Below are positions 1 through 10,289 of a stretch of DNA of 64,000 nucleotides, one piece after another. Position numbers and translations under genes: made by a program. The DNA is taken from NCBI GenBank assembly GCA_964486075.1, contig CAZALU010000001.1:207-64206 (forward strand), given 5' to 3'. How positions within the stretch are numbered: the stretch's first letter is position 1; each line of letters opens with the position of its first letter. Under the pieces are notes generated by a model, which worked only from the letters and a program-made list of their open reading frames with translations, ran no database searches and had not been told where the DNA came from. The DNA comes from an uncultured Verrucomicrobiota bacterium (GTDB taxonomy: Bacteria; Verrucomicrobiota; Kiritimatiellia; JAAZAB01).

Positions 1-165
1 GATAAAGCTATCCATTCAATCTGGGGCAATAGAGTTCTTTACCGCTGCGGCAGCTAAATCATCCAAGAGGAAATCCATCCGGAAGAAAACCTGAGCAATA
101 CCTGGTGTGGTCGATCAGAAAATCCTCGGCAGAGCTGCCATGCGCCCTGACACAGGAAACTTGAT

Positions 166-1035
166 ATGAAATCGTTGCGCAATGTGGTAATCTGTTCGAT
201 GTTCGCCCTTCTCTCTTCGCTATTTGTTGCATCTGCAGACGATGGCGCCGTAGAACTCACACTCGAAGCGGGCAGCAAAGCGTACATGCTGGGCGACCCC
301 GTGAGTATAACTGTCTGGATTAGGAACACTTCGCCGACCGAGACCGTGAGGACAGCCGCACTGAACGCGGGTGGAGATCCCCGCAGGTTGGCAACAGTGA
401 AATTCCAAACCCGGAGAAAAGGCGAAGCCAACTTCACGAATATCCGGCATCCGGTACCGGAGTTTATGGCATACGAAGGCATCGTTCCGCGTGCGGAATC
501 CGTTCAACTCAATGGCGGCGAGAAGCGTTGTCTCGTTTGCGAGGTGCAGTTCGACTGGGAATTCGGCGGCGGTCCGAAGCGTCTCGTTTTCCCGGTAGCC
601 GGCATATATGAGATCCGAGCCCTCTATGCGGAAGATGGGCAGGAAACAAATGTGCTCGCATCCCGCAGTATTGAAGTGGAAATCACCGAACCGGTAACTC
701 GCCATGACAGACTGGCATGGGCGGAACTCCACGAGAACCTTAAGACACTCTGGCCGATCTACGCACCTGAAGCATACCGCTATTTTGGTCGAGATAACCA
801 ACAGATGCGGACGAAAATCAGCAACTTTGTGCAGAACCACAAGGGCAGTAGGTATTCGCGAATGGGGGAACTCTTCCAAGCATATGCGGGTTATCTCGAT
901 GCCGCCAATGCCGACGCACGGGAAACATACTGGGCACAGATCGAAACTCTGTCTCAAGACAAGACCTTCGCACTGGCACCCAAGGCTCGGGAAGTACGTC
1001 TTCTTCACAGGCCATCAAGCTCAACGGAGAAATAA
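166..1035 (+). CDS. Secreted hypothetical protein (Ig-like N-terminal domain, helical C-terminus)
   Basis: 289-aa ORF, SD-like AGGA upstream, Sec-type signal peptide (MKSLRNVVICSMFALLSSLFVASA); LTLEAGSKAYMLGDPVSITVWIRN is typical of an Ig-like start. Confidence 0.7.
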   Translation: MKSLRNVVICSMFALLSSLFVASADDGAVELTLEAGSKAYMLGDPVSITVWIRNTSPTETVRTAALNAGGDPRRLATVKFQTRRKGEANFTNIRHPVPEFMAYEGIVPRAESVQLNGGEKRCLVCEVQFDWEFGGGPKRLVFPVAGIYEIRALYAEDGQETNVLASRSIEVEITEPVTRHDRLAWAELHENLKTLWPIYAPEAYRYFGRDNQQMRTKISNFVQNHKGSRYSRMGELFQAYAGYLDAANADARETYWAQIETLSQDKTFALAPKAREVRLLHRPSSSTEK

Positions 1036-1180
1036 CGCGCTGCGGACGACGCTCCGTTACAGCGGTGTGCCGCCGGTTAAGGTTGCGAGTTCACGGTCGT
1101 GGTTCGTTGCCAATGCGGCAAAGACGAGAATAACTGTAAAAAGTGCAAACAACAAAGAATGCTGAAGATTGCCGTCCTTA
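1029..1180 (+). other. Possible degenerate attC-like site
   Basis: Starts at the stop codon with AAT-AACGC-GCTGCGG-ACGACG and ends GCTGAAGATTGCCGTC, resembling AAC-AAGGC-GCTGCAG...GCTGAGCTT..CGTT ends but with both core triplets mutated. Confidence 0.25.
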
Positions 1181-1271
1181 AAGTACGGATTGGCTACGGA
1201 TGGGGGTCAGAGAAGCCCCCGAAATAGAACTTTACACGCGGGTTTTCAGTGACGTTGGGTGACTACACGCT

Positions 1272-3212
1272 ATGCCAACTACTGCCATCAAAGCCATCGC
1301 CTTGATCGTCTTGGGCCTGCTGGTCTGCGCCGCCGCGTCGGCCGCAGAAGACCTGGCCCTGAAAGTCACGGTCAACCGGACCCAGGTCTACCTGGGCGAA
1401 TCGTTCATCCTGGAAACAAAGGTCACCGGCTCCAGCCAGCCGGGGGAGCCAGACCTGTCCCAGATCGCGAACTGCCGGATCAAGCCGCTCGGCAGCCGCA
1501 ACATCAGCAATTATAGCATCACCATCATCAACGGCAAACTGGCGAAACAAGGCTTCACCGGCCGCATGGCGAGCTATGAAATCACGCCGCTTGCCGCCGG
1601 GTCGCTGACGGTTGGGCCCGTCTCGGTCGTCGTCGGTGGACGCACGCTAGTGGAGCCGGGCCCGACCGTGACTGTGACCGATATTGAAAAACAGGACCTG
1701 GTCCTGATCTCCGTCACGTCATCCCGCGAAACCGTTCTCGTCGATGAACAGTTTGATGTCATCCTCCGGATCCTGATCCGGCGCCTGCCGGCCCCACACG
1801 AGAATACGGAACCGCTGTTCACCGACAATCCGCCCGACCTGTCGGCCCCCTACCTTGACGGCGAGGGACTGAACGGACTGACAGCCCCCGATCTCCAGCG
1901 CATCCTGCATAATTGCCTGGTGTCGGACCGTAACCAGCCGGGCTTGGCCATCAATAACATCACGGTTGCTTCCAGCCCGTTTGATTTCGGGAGCTTGTTC
2001 CAGGGCCTGTCCGGCGAAAGCCGTAAGGCGCGTTTCGCCTTGAGCCGCCGGATAGCCAATCAGGACGGTAAGTCGTATTTCGAATATAGCCTCAGCTTGC
2101 CCTTTACGCCCAAAGACGAAGGTAATTACGTGTTCGGCCCGGTGGTGTTTAAGGGCAGCGTGCCGGTCGAGGTTACCGAACAAGGTCATGCGCGGGGCGT
2201 CCCGGTTTTTGCCGTCGGACCCGCCGGCACGGTCCGGGTCGTTCCGCCGCCGGAAGAGGGTCAGCCGCCGTCGTTCAGCGGCGCCCTGGGGACCAATCTG
2301 ACAATAGCGGCGGCCCTGGATACCACCTCGGGCAACATCGGCGACCCGCTGCGGCTGACCCTGACCCTTTCCGGCCAGATCCGGTTCGACAAGATGCTGC
2401 CCCCGAAGCTTGCTCTCCAGACAAATATTGTCCAACGCTTCGATGTATACGATAACACCGTGCAGACGATTCAGGGAACTAATCAGCGCCAGTACGTTTA
2501 TACTCTCCGCCCGACTCATGCCGGATCTTTCGATCTGCCGCCGATCGAAGTGTCCTTCTATGACACCCAGGCCCGGAGCTATAAGACGGCCTATACCCGG
2601 CCGATTCCGCTTGTCATCCAGCGCGGAACGGAAGTGACGGCCGGCCAGATTCAAGGCCACACCAATCGACCCCGGGAACAGAAGAAAGAATTCGACCTGG
2701 CGGCGGAAAAACCGGCGTCCATCCGGGCCGTAACGGAAGGGGCCAGGCCCGGCAACCTTTTAGGCAGACCATGGCTGCTGACACTCGGCGCGACGGGTCC
2801 GGCCATGTATCTCATGGCCGTCTTGGGTGGATTGGTCCGACAACACAGCGGACAATGGAAACTGACCGCCCGGCGGCGGAAGGCCCTGGCTTCCGCCCGG
2901 CGGCGCCTGCGCGCGGCCGAACGTCTGGCCCGGAAAGATCCGATCAAGTCAGGCCGGGAAATCCGCGCCGGCATCTGTCAATACTTGGCGGATCGCCTTG
3001 AAGCGCCCTCGGCCTGCCTCACGCCATCCGACGCCCGCCGCCGTCTGGCGGACGCCGCTGTCTCGGCATCCGTAATTAACAGCCTGGTCGTTATTTTTGA
3101 GCGCCATTTTAACGCCGGTTTCTCGAAGCAGGCGCCCGGTCACGACCTGAATAACGATATTAACCAGACCCGGAATCTCCTGGAAAACATTGATCGGGAA
3201 ACAAGGGAATGA
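1272..3212 (+). CDS. batD: BatD family (oxygen tolerance) protein
   Basis: Signal peptide, repeated beta-rich BatD-type modules (VNRTQVYLGESFILE; GDPLRLTLTLSG; YVYTLRPTHAGSFDLPPIEVSFYD), C-terminal TM helix. Confidence 0.8.
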   Translation: MPTTAIKAIALIVLGLLVCAAASAAEDLALKVTVNRTQVYLGESFILETKVTGSSQPGEPDLSQIANCRIKPLGSRNISNYSITIINGKLAKQGFTGRMASYEITPLAAGSLTVGPVSVVVGGRTLVEPGPTVTVTDIEKQDLVLISVTSSRETVLVDEQFDVILRILIRRLPAPHENTEPLFTDNPPDLSAPYLDGEGLNGLTAPDLQRILHNCLVSDRNQPGLAINNITVASSPFDFGSLFQGLSGESRKARFALSRRIANQDGKSYFEYSLSLPFTPKDEGNYVFGPVVFKGSVPVEVTEQGHARGVPVFAVGPAGTVRVVPPPEEGQPPSFSGALGTNLTIAAALDTTSGNIGDPLRLTLTLSGQIRFDKMLPPKLALQTNIVQRFDVYDNTVQTIQGTNQRQYVYTLRPTHAGSFDLPPIEVSFYDTQARSYKTAYTRPIPLVIQRGTEVTAGQIQGHTNRPREQKKEFDLAAEKPASIRAVTEGARPGNLLGRPWLLTLGATGPAMYLMAVLGGLVRQHSGQWKLTARRRKALASARRRLRAAERLARKDPIKSGREIRAGICQYLADRLEAPSACLTPSDARRRLADAAVSASVINSLVVIFERHFNAGFSKQAPGHDLNNDINQTRNLLENIDRETRE

Positions 3213-3394
3213 AGAAGAGCAAGACGGGTGGAGCGTTATCCCTAACGCGCTTCCGATCCGTGCATCGCGTTGGAATGTTACCGGAAACACAAGATATGAA
3301 AGCGAATAATAAATCGCTGGAAAACCAAAAACCGTTGAACCGTGAATCATGCCGGGGTTTTCTATTTATTCTTCCGTGTCATTCCGTGTATTCC

Positions 3395-4030
3395 GTGGAC
3401 AACCTCCGGGCTCTTCTTCTCTTCTTCGCCATCCTGCTTGCGTCCGCATTCTCCGCCCCGGCTCTCGATTCTTCCGAGCTGAGCTTTACCTGGAACGAGG
3501 CCAATGCGATCATGGCCGCAGCCAAAGCCCCCGAGGATTTTCTTGACGCGGCTCGAGTCTACCAGAAGCTGGTTGACGCCGGAGTCCGCAATGGTCCCCT
3601 CTTCTATAACCTGGGTACGGCGCTCTTACAGGCCGGTCGGTATGACAACGCTCTCGACGCCCTGGCCCGGGCCGAACGTTACCTGGGCGCCCAGCCGGAT
3701 ATCCGCCGGAACATGGGCATTGCCCTGGCCCGGAAACAGAAGACACCGGCCGCCGCCTGGCCCTGGTATCGCATTCTGCTGTTCTGGCATTTTATGCTGG
3801 CCGGCGCCACGCGCGCGATGATCACCGTGCTGGCCTTTACGCTGTTCTGGCTGAGCCTGACCCTGCTCCGCCTGGGCCCGCGGCGCGGGATGAACACCCT
3901 GGCGATACTGTCCATCCTGGCCTGCATCGCCTTCGGATCCAGCGTTGTCACCACCGTCTATCAGGAGTTGACGGCCCGGCGTTATACTCTGGATATTCCA
4001 TTCACCCCCTCGTCGACTACCCGGCCCTGA
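3395..4030 (+). CDS. TPR protein, BatE-like
   Basis: TPR motif LFYNLGTALLQAGRYDNALDALARAERY followed by TM helices, directly after batD. ORF is open from 3209, but GTG 3395 precedes the signal peptide. Confidence 0.7.
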   Translation: MDNLRALLLFFAILLASAFSAPALDSSELSFTWNEANAIMAAAKAPEDFLDAARVYQKLVDAGVRNGPLFYNLGTALLQAGRYDNALDALARAERYLGAQPDIRRNMGIALARKQKTPAAAWPWYRILLFWHFMLAGATRAMITVLAFTLFWLSLTLLRLGPRRGMNTLAILSILACIAFGSSVVTTVYQELTARRYTLDIPFTPSSTTRP

Positions 4031-4253
4031 ACGGAACTATTGCTGCAATAACCAGCCCTTTGGCTTTGAAAAAAATACACTCTTCCGATAGCTCGTCATT
4101 TCTGACCCTTTGGCCGCCTATAGATGCTCAGGTAATTATCTTCATAAAATCAAAGAACCCGTCTCAGCCGTCGCGCCAGTGAGGAAGCGCGTTAGGGAGA
4201 ACGAGCTCCACCTTTCAGACTGATGGATTGCGATAAAATATTCGTATTCTTGC

Positions 4254-4286
4254 TTGACACCCGAATAAGATAGTAATAGATTACTA
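4254..4286 (+). promoter_or_regulatory. Sigma70 promoter with overlapping palindromic operator (putative TetR site)
   Basis: TTGACA at 4254; inverted repeat TAGTAAT-AG-ATTACTA at 4271-4286 directly upstream of the TetR start. Confidence 0.65.
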
Positions 4287-4289
4287 ACT

Positions 4290-4904
4290 ATGAAAGACAA
4301 GAAATCACACCAACGCCTTCGGGCGTATGAGCGCAAAAGGGTGACGGTCCAAGCCATCATCGAGCTGGCAGCAGAGCAGAACCCCGCCGAAATCACCACC
4401 ACGGCCATGGCCGAACGCATGCACATAACCCAAGGTGCGCTGTTCCGGCATTTCGCCAGCAAGGATGCAATCTGGCAGGAAGTTATGAAATGGGTAGCCG
4501 CTAATTTGATGGCGCGCCTGGACACGGCTGCGCAGATGGCGAAATCGCCTCTCAAAGCCTTGGAGGCAGTCTTCCTGGCCCATATTGATTTCGTGGTTCA
4601 GTACACCGGCGTGCCGCGCATATTATTCGGAGAACTCCAACGCGCCGCTGATAGCCCGGCCAAACGCGTAGTACGCACGCTGCTCGCCCAGTACGGCAAA
4701 CGCCTGCAAACGCTCATCGAACAAGGCAAAGCGCAGGGTGAATTGACGCCCGAGCTCGATATCGAAACCGCTGCAACGTTGTTCATTGGAACGATTCAAG
4801 GCTTGATCATACAGTCATTGCTAACCGGGCAAAGCGGGAGTGTGCGAGCGCAGGCACCCAAGGTCTTCGCTATATACCTCCGCGGCATAAGGAGAGTGCG
4901 ATGA
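4290..4904 (+). CDS. TetR/AcrR family transcriptional regulator
   Basis: HTH signature ITTTAMAERMHITQGALFRHFASKDAIW. Confidence 0.92.
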   Translation: MKDKKSHQRLRAYERKRVTVQAIIELAAEQNPAEITTTAMAERMHITQGALFRHFASKDAIWQEVMKWVAANLMARLDTAAQMAKSPLKALEAVFLAHIDFVVQYTGVPRILFGELQRAADSPAKRVVRTLLAQYGKRLQTLIEQGKAQGELTPELDIETAATLFIGTIQGLIIQSLLTGQSGSVRAQAPKVFAIYLRGIRRVR

Positions 4905-6094
4905 AGCGTTTATCCATCAACGGCCGGACACTGGCGATGATCGGCGTACTCTTGCCCCTCTTGGCCTTGTTTATTTATGTGGCTCTACGATCCGGACCCC
5001 TGGCGCCGGTTGCGGTAACTGTAACCACGGCCGAAAGTCATGCTGTCATGCCCGCGCTTTTTGGTATAGGCACCGTGGAAGCTCGCTACACCTATCGGAT
5101 TGGTCCCACGCTGCCCGGCCGCGTCAAGCAGCTTGACGTAGACGTAGGCGATGCGGTCCGGGCAGGCCAATTGTTGGGCGAAATGGATCCGGTGGACCTT
5201 GATGAGCGTGTTGCCGCGCTGGCCGCCGCCCTGAAACGCGCGCAAGCCAATGTATCGGCCACCGAGGCGCAGGCTCGGGATGCGGCGGCACGCAAGACTT
5301 ATGCCGAGATACAGGCACAGCGTTACGCACAACTGCTGCAGGCGCACACAGTGAGCAAGGAAGCGTTGGACGCCAAGCAACAGGACCTGCAGGTGACCGC
5401 AGCCGGTCTTGCAGCCGCCCACGCCAATCTGGAAGCGGCCCGCCATGAACAGACGCGTCTCAACGCTGATCTTGATGCGATCATCCAACAACGCGCCAAC
5501 CTACGTCTCATTGCGCCGGCAGACGGCGTGGTCGTGACGCGCAACGCGGAACCCGGCACGACAGTGGTCGCAGGCCAATCGGTTATCGAAATGATTGATC
5601 CCAAGAGTCTGTGGATCAACGTGCGCTTTGATCAACTCAGCGCATCCGGATTGCAGGCCGGGCTTGCGAGTAGTATCGTGCTACGCTCACAAGGCGGTCG
5701 GAACCTTGCCGGGCGGGTGCTACGCGTAGAGCCGCTCGCCGATTCGGTTACGGAAGAAACACTGGCCAAGGTGATGTTCGATGCCATCCCGGAACCGTTG
5801 CCGCCCATTGGTGAATTGGCCGAGGTCACCGTGGCCTTGCCGGCGCTGCCGGCCGCGCCGACGTTGCCCAACGCTTGTGTGCTACGGGTCAATGGTCAGC
5901 TCGGGGTCTGGCGCATCGCAAACGGCGCGCTACGTTTCACCCCTGTCAAAGTGGGCGCGAACGAACTCGACGGCCGCACTCAGATTCTCGACGGACTCAA
6001 GCCCGGCGACCGCGTCGTTTTGTACAGCCAGCGTGCACTAACTGCTCGTCATCGCATCAAGGTCGTGACACGTCTGGCGGGAGGGACTCCATGA
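4901..6094 (+). CDS. Efflux transporter periplasmic adaptor (membrane fusion protein)
   Basis: N-terminal TM, lipoyl-like halves (GRVKQLDVDVGDAVRAGQLL; LIAPADGVVV), coiled-coil hairpin; ATGA overlap with TetR. Confidence 0.9.
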   Translation: MKRLSINGRTLAMIGVLLPLLALFIYVALRSGPLAPVAVTVTTAESHAVMPALFGIGTVEARYTYRIGPTLPGRVKQLDVDVGDAVRAGQLLGEMDPVDLDERVAALAAALKRAQANVSATEAQARDAAARKTYAEIQAQRYAQLLQAHTVSKEALDAKQQDLQVTAAGLAAAHANLEAARHEQTRLNADLDAIIQQRANLRLIAPADGVVVTRNAEPGTTVVAGQSVIEMIDPKSLWINVRFDQLSASGLQAGLASSIVLRSQGGRNLAGRVLRVEPLADSVTEETLAKVMFDAIPEPLPPIGELAEVTVALPALPAAPTLPNACVLRVNGQLGVWRIANGALRFTPVKVGANELDGRTQILDGLKPGDRVVLYSQRALTARHRIKVVTRLAGGTP

Positions 6095-7293
6095 TCAGTT
6101 TGGCCGGCCGCGACATCCAACACGCCTGGGGCAAATTTGTTTTCACGGGCGTTGGCCTGGGACTTTTGATCGGCGTAACGCTGACGATGGCCGGGGTGTA
6201 TCGCGGCATGGTGGACGACGCCATGGTATTGCTCGACAACAGCGGCGCCGATTTATGGGTGGTCCAAAAAGACACCCTTGGTCCTTATGCCGAACCATCC
6301 AGCCTGCAGGACGATCTCTATCGCGGACTTCTCGGAATGCCCGGCGTGGCTCGCGCAGCCAACGTCACTTATCTGACCATGCAGGTCCGCGAGGGTGAGC
6401 GCGATGTGCGTGCAATGGTGGTCGGCGTCTGTCCGAGTGGCGTCGGTGCGCCAGGACAACCCCGCTATCTTGTGGACGGACGACATATTACCCGGAGTCA
6501 CTACGAGACCGTGGCAGACGTGACTGCGGGATTCAAACTGGGTGAACGTCTTCGAATTCGTCGCAACGATTATACCGTGGTCGGGCTGACCCGGCGCATG
6601 GTCTCTTCCGGCGGTGATCCGATGATTTTTATCCCTTTGAAAGATGCGCAGGAAGCACAATTCCTGAAGGACAACGACGCCATTGTCCAACAACGGCGGC
6701 GTACCGCGGCCAATCCGGCCTTCAACCGCCCCGGGGTGCCGGGCTTGCTGGATGCGGTGAGCGCTTCGCAGAGCGCCAACCCGTATGTCAACGCCGTGCT
6801 CGTGCAGATCAAGCCCGGATATTCTCCCGAAGAGGTTGCCGAACCTATCAGGCGCTGGAAACGTCTGCAGGTCTACACGCGCGCGGAGATGCAGGATATT
6901 TTGATCGGCAAGCTGATTGCGACATCGGCCCGGCAGATCGGCATGTTCCTGGTGATTCTGGCCATTGTCAGCGCGGCGATTGTTGCTTTCATTATTTACA
7001 CCCTGACCCTGGGCAAGATCCGCGAGATTGCCGTGCTCAAACTGGTCGGAACCAGGAATCGAACTATCTCCGGAATGATCCTCCAGCAAGCCGTGGGGTT
7101 GGGGGTCCTCGGGTTCCTGGTGGGGAAAATCGCGGCTACCTATTGGGCTGGGATATTCCCAAAATACGTCCTCCTCCTGCCAAGTGATTCGGCGCGCGGA
7201 TTCGTGGCCGTGGTGCTGATGTGTGCCCTGGCCAGCGTATTGGCCATTCACGCAGCGCTCAAAGTGGACCCTGCGGAAGCGATAGGCGGCTGA
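6091..7293 (+). CDS. ABC transporter permease, FtsX/MacB family
   Basis: Likely start MISLAGRDIQH overlapping the upstream stop; GADLWV motif, REIAVLKLVGT, C-terminal KVDPAEAIGG. Confidence 0.9.
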   Translation: MISLAGRDIQHAWGKFVFTGVGLGLLIGVTLTMAGVYRGMVDDAMVLLDNSGADLWVVQKDTLGPYAEPSSLQDDLYRGLLGMPGVARAANVTYLTMQVREGERDVRAMVVGVCPSGVGAPGQPRYLVDGRHITRSHYETVADVTAGFKLGERLRIRRNDYTVVGLTRRMVSSGGDPMIFIPLKDAQEAQFLKDNDAIVQQRRRTAANPAFNRPGVPGLLDAVSASQSANPYVNAVLVQIKPGYSPEEVAEPIRRWKRLQVYTRAEMQDILIGKLIATSARQIGMFLVILAIVSAAIVAFIIYTLTLGKIREIAVLKLVGTRNRTISGMILQQAVGLGVLGFLVGKIAATYWAGIFPKYVLLLPSDSARGFVAVVLMCALASVLAIHAALKVDPAEAIGG

Positions 7294-7294
7294 T

Positions 7295-8005
7295 ATGCAC
7301 AAGACTGGCATCCAGATTGAAAATTTGTACAAACGTTACGGCAAGGGCGATACCGCTGTCGACGCGCTGAAGGGAGTCAATATGCAGGTGGTGGCCGGCG
7401 AGGTGGTCGGGCTGATCGGACCCTCGGGGTCCGGTAAGAGCACCATGCTCAAGTGCCTCGGGGCAGTGATCGAACCGACCAACGGACGCATGATTCTTGG
7501 CGATGAGGTGATCTATGACAACGGCTGGAAGATCAAGGATCTGCGCGCGCTGCGACGCGACCAGATCGGGTTCGTGTTTCAGGCACCCTACTTGATCCCC
7601 TTCCTCAATGTTACCGACAACGTTGCGCTGCTGCCGATGCTGGCCGGGCGATCCAACGCCGAATCCCGGAAACGGGCGGTACACTTGCTGGAGGCCTTGG
7701 ACGTTGCCCATCGCGCCGGGGCCATGCCGTCGCAGCTCTCCGGCGGTGAACAACAACGGGTGTCCATTGCGCGGGCGCTTGTCAATCGTCCGCCCGTGAT
7801 ACTTGCCGACGAACCCACCGCCCCGCTCGACAGCGAACGTGCGCTGGCCGTGATCCGCATTCTGAACCAAATGGCTCGCCAGTATGAGACGGCCGTCATC
7901 GTCGTGACGCACGATGAGAAAATTATTCCAACCTTCAAGCGCATCTATCAAATCCGCGACGGTCGCACGGAGGAGGAGGCTGGCGAAGGAAGGGCATTCG
8001 AATGA
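7295..8005 (+). CDS. ABC transporter ATP-binding protein (LolD/MacB-type)
   Basis: Walker A GPSGSGKST, signature LSGGEQQRV, Walker B ILADEPT, VTHD. Confidence 0.95.
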   Translation: MHKTGIQIENLYKRYGKGDTAVDALKGVNMQVVAGEVVGLIGPSGSGKSTMLKCLGAVIEPTNGRMILGDEVIYDNGWKIKDLRALRRDQIGFVFQAPYLIPFLNVTDNVALLPMLAGRSNAESRKRAVHLLEALDVAHRAGAMPSQLSGGEQQRVSIARALVNRPPVILADEPTAPLDSERALAVIRILNQMARQYETAVIVVTHDEKIIPTFKRIYQIRDGRTEEEAGEGRAFE

Positions 8006-9531
8006 GAATAAACTGTTCAAATGGAAAAGAAATCATGCCGGTTTCCGGAGCATTCCTCGGCGCAATCGGCCCGGCTTGCTTGACCCTGTGCCTGATCGGG
8101 TGCGCCACGGGTCCCAACTTCAAAACACCGCCATTGTCGCCGGCCTTGGGCTACACCGCAGCGGCCTTACCAACACAGGTGGCGCCCTCGGCAACCGTCC
8201 AGGGCGAGGCGCAACGGTTCGTGGAAGGTGCGCCGATCGGGGCTAAGTGGTGGCAGACGTTCGGGTCGTCGAAACTGGACGCTCTGATAGAACAAGCGCT
8301 GACAGCCAGCCCAACCCTGGAAGCGGCGGAGGCCACCTTACGCCAGGCACGCCATACGTACGAGGCGCGGATGGGGTCCACACGGTATCCGCAGGCGAAT
8401 GCCAATCTGGGCGCACGACGCCAAGCCATCAACAACACCGCCATGGGCCAGCAGGACAGCGAGAACACCTTCAATCTATTTAACGCCTCGGTGAATGTGC
8501 AGTACAATTTCGACTTGTTTGGAGGCAACCGCCGGGCTCTCGAAGCGCTTGCCGCGCAAACCGATTATCAACGCTTTCAACTCGAAGGTGCGCGACTGGC
8601 CCTTGTAGCCAATGTTGCCGGAACGGCCCTTGCGCAGGCGAGCCAGGCCGGGCAGATCGAGGCTCTTGAACATATTGTCGAAGCCCAGACGATGCAACTG
8701 GATCTCATACGCCAAAGGCTCGCTCTCGGCGCGGCCTCGCAAAGCGATGTGCTGGCCCTGCAAACACTGCTGGAACAGACTCGCGCCGGCATTCCGGCGC
8801 TGCGCAATGGCCTGGATCAGGCAACGCACCTGCTGGCCGCGCTGATCGGTCAGACACCGGCCGGTGCGAACATACCGCGGTTTGCCCTCGCGGATTTCAG
8901 GTCGCCATCCGAATTGCCATTACAAGTGCCGTCCGAGCTGCTGCGCCGCCGCCCGGATATTCGCGCCTCCGAAGCCCTATTGCGAGCCGCCACTGCGCAA
9001 CACGGCGTCGCCCTCTCTAAGCTGTACCCGCAGATCACGCTCAGCTCAGATGTGGGCTCGCAGGCGCTCACGGTGGACACGCTGTTCGGCGCCGGATCCT
9101 TGATCTGGAGCTTGGCCGGGCAATTGGCGCAACCCTTGTTTAACCGTGGTCTGCGAGCCGAGGCCCGCGCCGCGGAAGCAGGCTCTGACGCCGCAGCCGC
9201 TTATTATCGAGAAACCGTTTTACAGGCATTCCGTAATGTTGCCGACGTGTTGCGCGCGCTCGCTAATGACGCGGAGGTATTGGCGGCACAAGTCGCCGGC
9301 GAAGCCTCCGCAAAAGAAACTCTCGAACTTATGCAGCAGCGTTATATTCTGGGCGCAGCCAACTATCTCGAGTTGTTGGTTGCGCAACAGCAGGCGGACT
9401 CAACTCGTTTGGACCTGATTGCCGCCCAGGCACAACGCCTGACAGACACCGTTGCGTTCTACTCAGCCATGGGCGGCGGAAGACAGACCAACGAAGGCTT
9501 AACATCGGACGCACCACGAAAGGAAAACTAA
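8002..9531 (+). CDS. Outer-membrane efflux lipoprotein, NodT/TolC family
   Basis: Lipobox LIGC, WWQTFGSSKLDALIEQAL, PSELLRRRPDIRASE, YSAMGGG. Confidence 0.92.
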   Translation: MRINCSNGKEIMPVSGAFLGAIGPACLTLCLIGCATGPNFKTPPLSPALGYTAAALPTQVAPSATVQGEAQRFVEGAPIGAKWWQTFGSSKLDALIEQALTASPTLEAAEATLRQARHTYEARMGSTRYPQANANLGARRQAINNTAMGQQDSENTFNLFNASVNVQYNFDLFGGNRRALEALAAQTDYQRFQLEGARLALVANVAGTALAQASQAGQIEALEHIVEAQTMQLDLIRQRLALGAASQSDVLALQTLLEQTRAGIPALRNGLDQATHLLAALIGQTPAGANIPRFALADFRSPSELPLQVPSELLRRRPDIRASEALLRAATAQHGVALSKLYPQITLSSDVGSQALTVDTLFGAGSLIWSLAGQLAQPLFNRGLRAEARAAEAGSDAAAAYYRETVLQAFRNVADVLRALANDAEVLAAQVAGEASAKETLELMQQRYILGAANYLELLVAQQQADSTRLDLIAAQAQRLTDTVAFYSAMGGGRQTNEGLTSDAPRKEN

Positions 9532-9854
9532 CAATGATCACCGTCACAAATTTAGCACCGCTGCCCATTATCGGGTTGTGCGGTCCGACCTGTCGTTGAG
9601 ATGCTTAACCTAATGGGTGCAAATCACAAGGCTAAGAATGGTCACTGAACCCTTGAACTGCTCTTTCTAGGTTTATTCCAAAATGCTGTTCAAAAACCGT
9701 TGTTTTCCTCCGCCAGCATTGTATGCTCGCAGCACTTGGGGTAAAACGTGATTCGTCAGGAGGCACGGGATATGCCCCTTCATTTAGAGACAGCGCCTCA
9801 TCCTAATCACGTCCAACCGGCCGCTCCCGCAATCGTTATAAAAAAGGAAACACC

Positions 9855-10142
9855 ATGGCATTAACTAAATTCGGATTCATCGTTACTGGCGACAACTTCG
9901 TCCAGTATCAAGGCACAGAGAAATTTTCCATGAAGGTCGTTGGAGTCGACAGCGCCAGCAAGGGTCCGGAAGTTGCCCGGACCATGCTCGCCGAAGGCAT
10001 TCAACTCATCGAGCTTTGCGGGGGGTTTAGCCCTGTCTGGGCTGGCAAGGTCATAGAGGCTGTCGATTACAAGATTCCCGTCGGTGTGGTCGGCTATGGA
10101 CCGGAGTCGATCACAGGCATGTTTCATCTCTTTGCAAAATGA
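9855..10142 (+). CDS. DUF6506-like small protein
   Basis: SD AGGA; motif EGIQLIELCGGF recalled as characteristic of DUF6506. Confidence 0.6.
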   Translation: MALTKFGFIVTGDNFVQYQGTEKFSMKVVGVDSASKGPEVARTMLAEGIQLIELCGGFSPVWAGKVIEAVDYKIPVGVVGYGPESITGMFHLFAK

Positions 10143-10177
10143 GGGTCTTCCGCAGAATCTGTGAGTAGGGATAACAG
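10143..10177 (+). repeat. IS-end-like 35-bp repeat, copy 1
   Basis: GGGTCTTCCGCAGAATCTGTG identical to 17933-17953, with similarity extending to ~35 bp. Confidence 0.7.
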
Positions 10178-10289
10178 AGCTTATTGATGGTACTGCTCAA
10201 CACCGCACCGCCGTGCTGACGAAAAAAAGAAGGTAAATCGGTTCCGTCCCCGAAAAAACTGATTCGAAAAGATGTAGCACAATAATCAT
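10165..10289 (-). pseudogene. 5' fragment of a GHMP sugar kinase (HddA-like)
   Basis: ATG overlapping the AbiEii stop gives MII, then after a 1-nt frameshift FRISFFGDGTDLPSFFRQHGGAVLSSTINKLCY, matching the MIIxxxxFRISFFGGGTD...GGAVLSTTIDKYCY start of heptose-phosphate kinases; ends at the IS-like repeat. Confidence 0.7.
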
